Below, in pieces: positions 1 to 8,701 of a stretch of DNA of 44,212 bases. A program made the position numbers and the translations under genes. The stretch's first letter is position 1. Every line of letters starts with the position of its first letter. The stretch is from an uncultured Myxococcia bacterium. Its GTDB lineage: Bacteria > CAZTWC01. The notes beneath the pieces were generated by a model. That model was not told the origin of the DNA. It saw nothing but the letters and a program-made list of their open reading frames with translations, and did no database searches. The stretch is taken from NCBI GenBank assembly GCA_964617105.1, contig CAZTWC010000002.1:13138-57349 (forward strand). Reading direction: 5' to 3'.

Positions 1-18
1 CTTGAAAGTAAAACTCAC
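1..18 (-). CDS. rnfC: 5' end of a probable RnfC (electron transport complex subunit C), truncated by the window edge
   Basis: Minus strand reads AAGGAG-N7-GTG AGT TTT ACT TTC AAG (MSFTFK), resembling the 'TFKGGxHP' start of RnfC. It directly follows rnfA-rnfB. Only 6 codons are visible. Confidence 0.55.
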
Positions 19-52
19 CTGGTTTCTCCTTTATCCTTTATCTTTCGGTGGT

Positions 53-1018
53 CTAGGTCTCTTTGGGCACCTTGACCTCTTTCACTTCTTTAGTTTCTTT
101 GGCCTCTTTAGCCTCTTTGGCTTTTTTGGCTGCTTCAGCTTTGGCCGCTTTTTTCTTAGCCTTTTGTTCTTTTTTAAAGGCCTTATACTCATCTTTGGCC
201 TGGTGATCATTCACCCAAGAGGCTAATTGGTAGCGCTCAAGGTCGATTATACTTTCCACCGGGCAGGCCTGTGCTTGATCTACCAGTTCCACCTGGTTTT
301 GATAGTCAATAACCGCCAGAAAATCGTCAATTTTTATACAGGCATCTTTGAATTTCTTAGAGCAGACACCACAACCAGTGCAACCTACTTTGCAAATTTT
401 CTTTATCTCTTTGGGGCTATAGTGGTTGCTGCACAATACATGCATCTTTCTCCCCTTGGGTACCATCTTTATTAGATTCCGGGGGCAAGTATTTACACAT
501 TTCTTGCAGCCAATACACTTCTCTTCATCTATCCAGGCCAAACCGGTTTCTGTAATGTTGATGGCATCATAATCGCAAACCTTCTGACAACTGGAATATC
601 CCAGGCAACCGTATTTACAGGCCTTGGGACCATCGCCCACCAGGTGAGCGTAGGTGCAGTCATAAGGACCATGATACTCGGCCAAATCGGAACAGTCGTC
701 ACTGCCCCCAGCGCACATTACCATGGCGGTTATCGGCTCCACAGCCACCGCTTCCACCCCCATGATAGCGGCAACCTTTTCCACAGTGTCGGAACCACCT
801 GGAGGGCAGAGGCTGATATCTACCTCACCTTCCACAATGGACCTGGCATAGTCGCTGCAGCCGGTGTAGCCACAAGCGCCGCAATTGGCCTGAGGTAAAA
901 TTTCGTTTATAGCTTCTATTTTGGGGTCAACATATACGTAAAAAACCTTGGAGGCCACCCCTAAACCTATCCCTGCTATCAACCCCACTCCGGAAAGAAC
1001 TGCAATGGCGGTAAGCAA
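53..1018 (-). CDS. rnfB: RnfB electron transport complex subunit B
   Basis: N-terminal membrane anchor, LPQANCGACGYTGC and CPPGG Fe-S motif, CKYGCLGYSSC and CIGCKKCVNTCP ferredoxin motifs. TTG start preceded by AGGAG. Confidence 0.95.
   Translation of the reverse strand: MLTAIAVLSGVGLIAGIGLGVASKVFYVYVDPKIEAINEILPQANCGACGYTGCSDYARSIVEGEVDISLCPPGGSDTVEKVAAIMGVEAVAVEPITAMVMCAGGSDDCSDLAEYHGPYDCTYAHLVGDGPKACKYGCLGYSSCQKVCDYDAINITETGLAWIDEEKCIGCKKCVNTCPRNLIKMVPKGRKMHVLCSNHYSPKEIKKICKVGCTGCGVCSKKFKDACIKIDDFLAVIDYQNQVELVDQAQACPVESIIDLERYQLASWVNDHQAKDEYKAFKKEQKAKKKAAKAEAAKKAKEAKEAKETKEVKEVKVPKET
71..133 (-). repeat. Seven imperfect 9-nt tandem units encoding the K/E/A/V-rich RnfB tail
   Basis: Plus-strand units cttgacctc, tttcacttc, tttagtttc, tttggcctc, tttagcctc, tttggcttt, tttggctgc; protein AAKKAKEAKEAKETKEVKEVK. 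Confidence 0.75.
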
Positions 1019-1032
1019 CTCAAAACTCCTTT

Positions 1033-1611
1033 CTACATGGGTACCAAATTGGCAAATCCCATGAAACTAAGGGATAAAAGACCGGCAACAATCATGGCTA
1101 TGGCATTCCCCTTGTAACTCTCCGGCAGGTTGGACAACTCCAGCCGTTCCCGCAAACCAGCAAAAAGAACAATGGCAATGGTAAAGCCGATGGAAGCGCC
1201 GATGCCATTAACCAGGGCGCCTAAAAAATCTAAATCTTTTTTGATATTCAAAACTGCCACACCCAGAACCGCGCAATTGGTGGTAATCAAAGGTAGAAAG
1301 ATACCCAAAGCCTGGTATAAAACCGGTGATAGTTTCTGAATGGCCATCTCTACCAACTGCACCAGTGAAGCAATAACTAAAATAAAGACAATGGTCTGTA
1401 AATATTGAAGATTGAAAGGGGCCAATAAAAAATTTTGAATCAACCAGGTGACAATACTGGCGATACTCATAACAAACATCACCGCAAACCCCATCCCCAA
1501 CGCTGTTTCCACCTTTTTGCTTACCCCCAGGAACGGGCAAATACCCAAAAACTGAGCCAGAACAAAGTTGTTTACCAGCATAGCGCCAATAATCAAAATA
1601 ATATATTCCAT
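1033..1611 (-). CDS. rnfA: RnfA electron transport complex subunit A
   Basis: NNFVLAQFLGICPFLGVSKK and GIFLPLITTNCAVLG signatures. ATG at 1611 preceded by GAGG (ORF track extends to a TTG at 1617). Confidence 0.95.
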   Translation of the reverse strand: MEYIILIIGAMLVNNFVLAQFLGICPFLGVSKKVETALGMGFAVMFVMSIASIVTWLIQNFLLAPFNLQYLQTIVFILVIASLVQLVEMAIQKLSPVLYQALGIFLPLITTNCAVLGVAVLNIKKDLDFLGALVNGIGASIGFTIAIVLFAGLRERLELSNLPESYKGNAIAMIVAGLLSLSFMGFANLVPM

Positions 1612-1760
1612 GGGCAAACCTCTTAAAAAATTAGAAAAACCTGGTCAAAATGATGGTTTGATTTTTTGGTCAATATTCTCTTCTTTACCAAACAATTTCA
1701 TACGCTTTTCGCAAAATTATTGTTCAGAATTTATGAAAGTATCACTGATTAAAAAGATTG

Positions 1761-2564
1761 TCAATTCTGGTTTTTAGAAATTTGTTTCATAACCTCGTAC
1801 ATGGCTATGGCGGCAGCTGTAGAGGCGTTGAGATTGTTGAAAGTTCCCGCTGAGGGTATTCGGATGGTAAAATCACACTTTTTTTTCATCAACGGACGCA
1901 AACCGCGATCTTCTCCACCTAGCAGCAGTAAGGTCTTATCGGCGAATTCGGTCTGAAAAACGGGCTGTTCCCCTTTTAGATCCAGCCCATATACCCAGTA
2001 CCCCTCCTGCTTTAAAATCTCCACTGTCCGGGCCAAATTGCCACCCTGCACTGTGGGCAGGGCTGATACTGTCCCCTGAGAGCAAAAAAAAGTGGTGGCA
2101 TTAATACCGGCACTCCTGTCTTTGCCCACAATCAATCCCCGGGCGCCAAAGACATAGGCTGAGCGGATTATGGCTCCCAGGTTTCTCTGGTCCTGAAGAC
2201 AATCGGCCATCAGCAACATTCCCCTACCCTCCCCTTTTAACAGATCGGCCACACTATGGTAAACAAACTCCCCAATATCTGCCGCTACTCCTCCATGGCG
2301 GCTGTGGCCCACTAACTTACCGATGAAATCCCGGCTCTCAAAACCGAGATCGACCCCCGCTTTTTGGACTCTTTTGGCAATTTTGGCCGCCTTTTTATCG
2401 TTCTGCTTTTTTCTGTCTAAATAGACCCTCTTTATCCGGTTAAGCCTGGACCGGTTGTTATCTACAGCCTTCTCTGCTCCATTACCCGCCCGGGACTGGC
2501 CTCTAACTTCCATGTGCCAATTTTTCAGCACCTCTTCAACAGTATTTAAACCATAGATAATCAT
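1761..2564 (-). CDS. rlmB: 23S rRNA Gm2251 2'-O-methyltransferase (SpoU/TrmH family)
   Basis: IYGxNxV start, HGGV, QDQRNLGAIIRSA, GGEDRGL and NLNAS SPOUT motifs. Confidence 0.8.
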   Translation of the reverse strand: MIIYGLNTVEEVLKNWHMEVRGQSRAGNGAEKAVDNNRSRLNRIKRVYLDRKKQNDKKAAKIAKRVQKAGVDLGFESRDFIGKLVGHSRHGGVAADIGEFVYHSVADLLKGEGRGMLLMADCLQDQRNLGAIIRSAYVFGARGLIVGKDRSAGINATTFFCSQGTVSALPTVQGGNLARTVEILKQEGYWVYGLDLKGEQPVFQTEFADKTLLLLGGEDRGLRPLMKKKCDFTIRIPSAGTFNNLNASTAAAIAMYEVMKQISKNQN

Positions 2565-2624
2565 AAAAGTGACTTTCCGGTGTTAATCTTCAGGCTGTTT
2601 ATCGCTGTTTTCAATTTGTATTTT

Positions 2625-3320
2625 CTATAAGTCAGGTCCCATCTCCTGGCAAATCTGCTCTACTGCCAGCGCGGCATCGGCAGCCCCACTGATAGCCCGC
2701 CCTATAACCAGGTAATCGGCGCCGTTTTTCACCGCCTCTTTTGGGGTAGAGACTCTCTTTTGATCTTCTACCGCCACTCCCGCCGGCCTGATACCGGGAG
2801 TTACCAGCAGAAAATCATCTGAAACCTCGGCTCTCAGAGCGGCTACCTCCTGGGGAGAGGTGACCACCCCGTGAATATTGGCCTCTCTGGCCAAATGCAC
2901 CATCTTCAGGCAGGTTTTGGCCGCACTATGGGCAAACCCAATTTCTATAAGGTCCTGGTCGGTCAAACTGGTTAAAACCGTTACCCCGATAATCTTCATC
3001 CTATCGGTGGCATTTTCCCGGGCCGCCTTTAACATAGCCAGGCCACCCGATAGATGAATAGTCAACATATCAACCTCCAGGCTGGCCGCCGACTTTACCG
3101 CTCCGGCTACAGTATTGGGTATATCGTGAAACTTCAGATCCAAAAAGACCCGGCCCCCATATTTTTTTACTCTTTCCACTGCCCGGGGACCAAAAGCAGT
3201 GAAAAGTTGCTTGCCAATCTTTACATATCCAACTCTATTGGCTACCTGAGACAAAACTCGATCCGCACTATCCAAATCTGGATAATCACAGGCAAAAATA
3301 ATTTTCTCAGCTGGATTCAT
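2625..3320 (-). CDS. pyrF: Orotidine-5'-phosphate decarboxylase
   Basis: FLDLKFHDIPNTV signature, GVTVLTS, VTPGIRP, DQKR, VIGR. Confidence 0.97.
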   Translation of the reverse strand: MNPAEKIIFACDYPDLDSADRVLSQVANRVGYVKIGKQLFTAFGPRAVERVKKYGGRVFLDLKFHDIPNTVAGAVKSAASLEVDMLTIHLSGGLAMLKAARENATDRMKIIGVTVLTSLTDQDLIEIGFAHSAAKTCLKMVHLAREANIHGVVTSPQEVAALRAEVSDDFLLVTPGIRPAGVAVEDQKRVSTPKEAVKNGADYLVIGRAISGAADAALAVEQICQEMGPDL

Positions 3321-3325
3321 ATATT

Positions 3326-5080
3326 TTACTCCTTATTACATTTTATAGCGATCTCCTGCAGGTCCGCCTCTTTAAGTTCAACCAGTCTCTCCACCGCCTT
3401 ATCCACCTTTTCATAAATAATTTCCCCGCTGCTCCTCACTTTGATCTCTACCTCACCTTTTTTCAAATTTCTGGGGCTCACTGTCATCCTGAGTGGAATA
3501 CCGATTAAATCTGCATCCTTGAATTTAACTCCTGGACGCTCATCCCGGTCATCGAAAAGCACCTCCACCCCTTTATCCATCAATTGATCATAGAGTTGCT
3601 GGCAGGTCTGGACCACTGCCTCTTGATTCAAATTAAGACCCACTATCACCACCTCCATAGGGGCAATAGGCATAGGCCAGATAATCCCATCTTTGTCGTG
3701 ATTTTGTTCAATAGCCGCAGCCCCGGTCCTACCCACCCCAATTCCGTAACAGCCCATTATCATGGGGTTTTGTTCACCATTTTCATCCACATAGAGAGCT
3801 TTCATACTCTTGGAGTACTTATCTCCCAGAAAAAAGACCTGTCCCACCTCTATTCCTCTGAACTCCTGGTAAACTCCCTTACTATCCTTACAGCGAGGAC
3901 AAAGGTCACCAGCCTGGCCAAACCGTAAATCTAAAAAACTATCCTCTTTTAGGGTAAAATCCCGGCCCAAATTTACATTGATATAATGGTAATCTTCCCG
4001 GTTGGCGCCGCAAACCGCGTTTTGCATATTTTTAATCTCATAATCAGCATAAATCGGCATATCCAGACCCATAGGGCCTACAAATCCCATGGTCAACCCA
4101 GCCTTGGAAATAGTTTCCTGATCTGTCACCATCTCCAAGGAGTCGCACTTTAAAAAGGAGGTAAGTTTTGCTTCACTCAGATCCCTATCTCCCCTGATCA
4201 ACACGGTGATCAACTGTTCTCCGGTCCGGTATACCAGCGCCTTGATTATCTGCTCCTGCTTAACCTTTAAAAAGCCGCCTACCTCTTCAATGCTCTTTTT
4301 ATCCGGTGTTTCAACCATCTCCATCTGTAAAAGTTCCACTTCCCCACTGGGTCCTGGCTGAAGGGCAGTCTCCGCTTTTTCCACATTCGCGGTATAGTCG
4401 CAACAGTTGCAGGACAAAATAGCATCTTCCCCAGATTCAGCCAAAACCTGAAATTCATGGGAAAGAGTGCCGCCTATATTACCAGTGTCAGCCTCCACTG
4501 GCCTGAATTTCAAACCACACCGGGTAAAAATCCGGTAATAGGTCTTATACATCTTCCAATACATCTGGTGAGCGCATTCATTATTCACATGAAAGGAGTA
4601 AGCGTCTTTCATTATAAATTCCCGCCCCCGCATCAAGCCAAACCGTGGTCTCATCTCATCTCTAAATTTAGTTTGGATTTGATAGAGATTTATAGGCAAC
4701 TCCCTATAAGAACTAAGGCTTGACCTGACAATATCGGTTATAACCTCCTCATGGGTAGGACCAAAACAGAACTCACCGTTTTTTCGGTCATTAAACCGCA
4801 GTAACTCCGGGCCGTAATAGTCCCAGCGTCCACTCTCCTTCCATAACTCAGCCGGCAGCACCGTGGGCATAAGCAATTCCTGAGCCCCTGCCCTGTTCAT
4901 CTCTTCCCGGATGATATTTTCTATCTTTCTTATAACCCGCAAACCCAGTGGTAAATAGTTATATATCCCTGCCGCCAACTTCCTAATCATTCCGGCCCTG
5001 AGCATCAATTGATGGCTCACCACCACGGCATCCATTGGGGTTTCCTTCAAAGTGGGCACCAGCATATTACTCATTCGCAT
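3326..5080 (-). CDS. proS: Proline--tRNA ligase (bacterial type with INS editing domain)
   Basis: SHQLMLRAGMIR, GPTHEE, QTKFRDEMRPRFGLMRGREF, MGCYGIG, GVKFKDADLIG. Confidence 0.98.
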   Translation of the reverse strand: MRMSNMLVPTLKETPMDAVVVSHQLMLRAGMIRKLAAGIYNYLPLGLRVIRKIENIIREEMNRAGAQELLMPTVLPAELWKESGRWDYYGPELLRFNDRKNGEFCFGPTHEEVITDIVRSSLSSYRELPINLYQIQTKFRDEMRPRFGLMRGREFIMKDAYSFHVNNECAHQMYWKMYKTYYRIFTRCGLKFRPVEADTGNIGGTLSHEFQVLAESGEDAILSCNCCDYTANVEKAETALQPGPSGEVELLQMEMVETPDKKSIEEVGGFLKVKQEQIIKALVYRTGEQLITVLIRGDRDLSEAKLTSFLKCDSLEMVTDQETISKAGLTMGFVGPMGLDMPIYADYEIKNMQNAVCGANREDYHYINVNLGRDFTLKEDSFLDLRFGQAGDLCPRCKDSKGVYQEFRGIEVGQVFFLGDKYSKSMKALYVDENGEQNPMIMGCYGIGVGRTGAAAIEQNHDKDGIIWPMPIAPMEVVIVGLNLNQEAVVQTCQQLYDQLMDKGVEVLFDDRDERPGVKFKDADLIGIPLRMTVSPRNLKKGEVEIKVRSSGEIIYEKVDKAVERLVELKEADLQEIAIKCNKE

Positions 5081-5105
5081 GATTAAACTCCTTTTATCTT
5101 TATAC

Positions 5106-6177
5106 CTAAAGTTCCTCTATTTTCTCCAGCATATATTCTTTTAGTCTATTTAAGGGGATTGCTTTGTCTACCACCTTCCCTTTGGTAAAAAATACCCCAC
5201 CCTTTTTAGTAAGCGCCATCCCCAAATCAGCTTCTTTGGCTTCCCCGGGTCCATTTACCTCACAACCCATAATCGCAAAACTGATATTTTTGCTCATCGC
5301 CACCACTTTCTCCTCCAGCCACTCAGCCATCTCTATAAGCAAATTCTGATCCTGGCAGCGGCCACAGGTTGGACAAGAAACTACTGTCAATCCTGGCCGC
5401 AGTTCCAGGGCCAACAATATAGACCTGGCCACTTTTATCTCCCACACCGGGTCAGCGGTTAAAGAAACCCTTACTGTATCACCGATACCATCCATAAGCA
5501 GGCTCCCCAAAGTGATGGAGTTTCTGATACTCCCCTGGTGGCGCGGACCAGCGGAGGTTAAACCAATATGAAAAGGGCAATCAACATTTTTAGCCAAAAT
5601 TTTAAATGAATTTATGGTGTCAAAAATGGAAGAAGATTTTAATGATATTTTAAAATTATTAAATCCCATATTTTCTAAAAACAGGGCATATTCCTGGGCC
5701 GAGGCAGCCAAAGCTTCGGCAGTAGGTCCATTATATTTGATTCGCATACTTTTCGATACTGAACCGCTGTTTACTCCCACTCGCATAGTTGCACCATAAT
5801 CCCGGGCACATTCCGCCACCTGTTTCAATCTCTGAATACTTCCAAGATTACCGGGATTTACCCGAACACAGTCAATCCCCTCTTTTATGGCTTGAATAGC
5901 AATTTTATAATCAAAATGGATATCAGCAATAAGCGGTAAATCTCCAAATCTCTGTTTGAATTTACCAATTAGGCGGCAGGATTCAATAGTTGGAAAAGCC
6001 AATCGGATAATTTCCGCTCCAGCGCTAGCCAGACGGCAGATCTGATCACAAGTTTGCTCATAATCTAAGGTATCGGTATTGGTCATGCTCTGTACTGAGA
6101 TGGGTGCGTCGCCCCCCACGGCCGCCTACCCCAACTTTTCCCACCATAATTGATCGGCATTTTCTTCTTTTAATCAT
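5106..6177 (-). CDS. ispG: 4-hydroxy-3-methylbut-2-en-1-yl diphosphate synthase; 10-nt insertion frameshifts the 5' end
   Basis: SVQSMTNT, ADIHF, RVNPGN, GDTVRVSLT, SCPTCGR, MGCEVNGPGE. The natural N-terminus MIKRRKCRSIMVGKVGVGG starts at ATG 6177 in another frame and joins the 5106..6119 ORF if 6111-6120 is removed. Confidence 0.93.
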
Positions 6178-6217
6178 TGTCCTTCTATCCTTATTAAAAG
6201 CTCTCAACGCCCGCAGA

Positions 6218-7308
6218 TTAACACTTTAACTTTCCCTTTTCAATATTAAAAACCCGGCTCTCTTTTAGTAAACCGGTATCAAAATTCATCTCGGTTGCAG
6301 TGATAAATGACTGTAAATTTGCGCTTACAATATATTCAAAAACATTAAAACACCGGCTGGAATCCAATTCGCTGCTAAAATCATCCAGCAAAACCAGAGG
6401 TAGTTTATTGGTTTGTTGTTTATATATCTCTATTTCGGCTATTTTCAACGCTAAAACCAAAGTTCGCAACTGTCCCTGAGAGGCAAATATCTTGCTGTTG
6501 TGTCCGTCAATAGTAAATAGGAGATCATCCACATGCGGTCCCACATTGGTGTATCCCAATTCAATATGTTTATTCCTCAGCCTGGATAGTTCTTTCTGAA
6601 AATTTTCACGGTAAAGGGATAGATTATTAGAAATAATTTTAAACATATATTTAATCTTCACTCTACCCTGGCCGCAGATTTGGTTATGAATGTCATTTAG
6701 TATGGGTTCCAGCAAGCCTAAATAAAAAAGCCGATTTTTTACCAGACCCTCTCCAAATTGGGACAGTTTTGAATCGCAGACATCTAAAAAATTGTGATCT
6801 GGGTAGGGTTGTTTTAAATGATTATTGCGATGAGATAGGATATGATTATAATCTTTGAGTAGTTTTATCTGGTTATTTCTTAAAAAAAAACAGACCGGTC
6901 GATAAATCTGCGCCTATCTTCCGGTCCCCCTTTTAATAGGGACAGATTATCGGGAGTAAACAGGACTGAATTTAAATAACCGTATTCGGTGGACCATTTT
7001 GATACCAGGACGCCACTTTCATACAGGCTCTTTTTTTCGGGAGTAAAGGTTAATTTATATTTTTTTTTTCGTTCTTGATCTTCTGTTTTCAGGCCAATTT
7101 CACAGTAATTATTATCCCAATTGATTATTTCGCTATTTTTTTTAGGTTTTCTAAAGGATTTGAAATTGGTGAGAAGATAGATGGCCTCAATTATATTTGT
7201 CTTTCCCTGACCATTATCGCCAATAATAAAATTAAGGTAGGGGGAAGATTCAAATTGTTCATCTTCGATATTTCTAAAATTTTTTAAATAAACTGATGAT
7301 ATTTTCAT
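6218..7308 (-). pseudogene. recF: RecF, split by a frameshift in a T9 run (likely sequencing error)
   Basis: N-part has NFRN, GDNGQGKTN and GGPEDRRRFID; C-part has GPHVDDL, SQGQ and LLDD. Adding one T at 6882-6890 gives a continuous 363-aa RecF (...VFFLRNNQIKLLKDYNHILSHRN...). Lies directly after dnaN. Confidence 0.92.
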
Positions 7309-7310
7309 AA

Positions 7311-8444
7311 TTACATTGTTTCAATTGGCATTAAAATACCGATATAATTCTCTTTTTTATCTTCAGACTCAACTCTGAGCGGAAGTTTTTTATTATTGGG
7401 ATTAAATTTCAAAACCACCTGATCACTTTCAATGACATTTAGGCAATCGAGAAAATAGTTGCAGTTAAAATTAACATTATAGGTTTCCCCATCATAACTA
7501 ATAGGGAGCACCTCTTCCATTTTTCCCTTGTCCACATCTACCGAAGAAAATTTAAAGTAGTCTTTCTCAATACCAATATCAACCAGAGGAGAACTTTCCC
7601 TGGAAATTATAGATGCTCTCCTTAAAATATTTACCAAATCCCTTTTATTAATACAGATCTCTTTCTCCGATTCCTGGATAAAAGCGGAGTAATTAGGAAA
7701 ATTAAAATCTATTAGTCTGGAAGATAACATAGTACAACCCACCAGAAAATAGATCTGATTTTTATCGATAGCAATCAAGACATCATCTTCAAAACTATCG
7801 ATTAACATTTTTATTTCCATTAAACAGCGCCTGGGAATAATTGCGTTTCTAATATCTTGTTTTTTTTCCTCCTCTTGATTAGACCCCTTTTTTTCAACCG
7901 AGTATTTAGCTAACCGGTAACTGTCGGTGGTAACAAAAGAGTAATAATTTTCAACATCTGTTTCAAAATAGGCACCGGTAAGATTAATTTTGGCGTTATT
8001 AGTTGAAACAGCATATAAAGTATGATTTATCAAGGACTTAAGTTTCTCCGCCTTTATTGGTATGTATGATAATCCCTGAGGAATATTTATACTGGGATAA
8101 TTATCTGTATCAAGACCCAAAAAATTAAAACTCCCATTATCAAAAGATACAATGCTAGAGTTATTGTGAGATTTGGAGATGTTTATAACCGCTGAATCAA
8201 TTGCCTTGATAGAATTAAAAAACATTACGGCATCTACCAGTAAGTCACCATTTTCAAAAGTTGAAGCCTGCAGAGTTGTTTTTAAGGTCATATCCAGGTT
8301 GGTGGAGATCAAAGTTAATTGTCCCTCATCATTTAGACTCATATAGATACAGGATATATAGGTGAGAGTTGTCCTCTTTTCTATTACTCCCATGTGTTTA
8401 ACTAAATCTTCAAGTAACAGATCTTTGTTTATTGAAAATCTCAT
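7311..8444 (-). CDS. dnaN: DNA polymerase III beta sliding clamp
   Basis: 377 aa between dnaA and recF. STNLD, TTDSYRLA, IIPRR, SRLIDxNFPNY and terminal ILMP motifs. Confidence 0.93.
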   Translation of the reverse strand: MRFSINKDLLLEDLVKHMGVIEKRTTLTYISCIYMSLNDEGQLTLISTNLDMTLKTTLQASTFENGDLLVDAVMFFNSIKAIDSAVINISKSHNNSSIVSFDNGSFNFLGLDTDNYPSINIPQGLSYIPIKAEKLKSLINHTLYAVSTNNAKINLTGAYFETDVENYYSFVTTDSYRLAKYSVEKKGSNQEEEKKQDIRNAIIPRRCLMEIKMLIDSFEDDVLIAIDKNQIYFLVGCTMLSSRLIDFNFPNYSAFIQESEKEICINKRDLVNILRRASIISRESSPLVDIGIEKDYFKFSSVDVDKGKMEEVLPISYDGETYNVNFNCNYFLDCLNVIESDQVVLKFNPNNKKLPLRVESEDKKENYIGILMPIETM

Positions 8445-8701
8445 ATCATCGTTTCCTTCTAAAATTTTTTTTTATTAACTTAACAACTTCAATAATAATA
8501 CTAATAGATAATTAAAATTTATTATAGTTATTATTAGGGTTGTGGAAATCAGGAAAACTATAATAACTATTTAATAAAAAAGGGATATTTTTATTAATAA
8601 AAAGTTAATATCAACTAATATAACCGATAAAAACCAAGAACAAAACCTTAAACCCTATAGTTTTTCGAAATTACTGGAGATTTTTTTCTATTTTTTCCAC
8701 A
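8445..8701. other. Probable oriC (dnaA-dnaN spacer): AT-rich unwinding element, DnaA-trios and DnaA boxes
   Basis: Very AT-rich. TAT TAT AGT TAT TAT TAG (8520-8537), then GGT, TGTGGAAAT (8541-8549) and an overlapping TCAGGAAAA; TTTTCCACA at 8693-8701. Gene orientation switches near dnaA. Confidence 0.75.
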
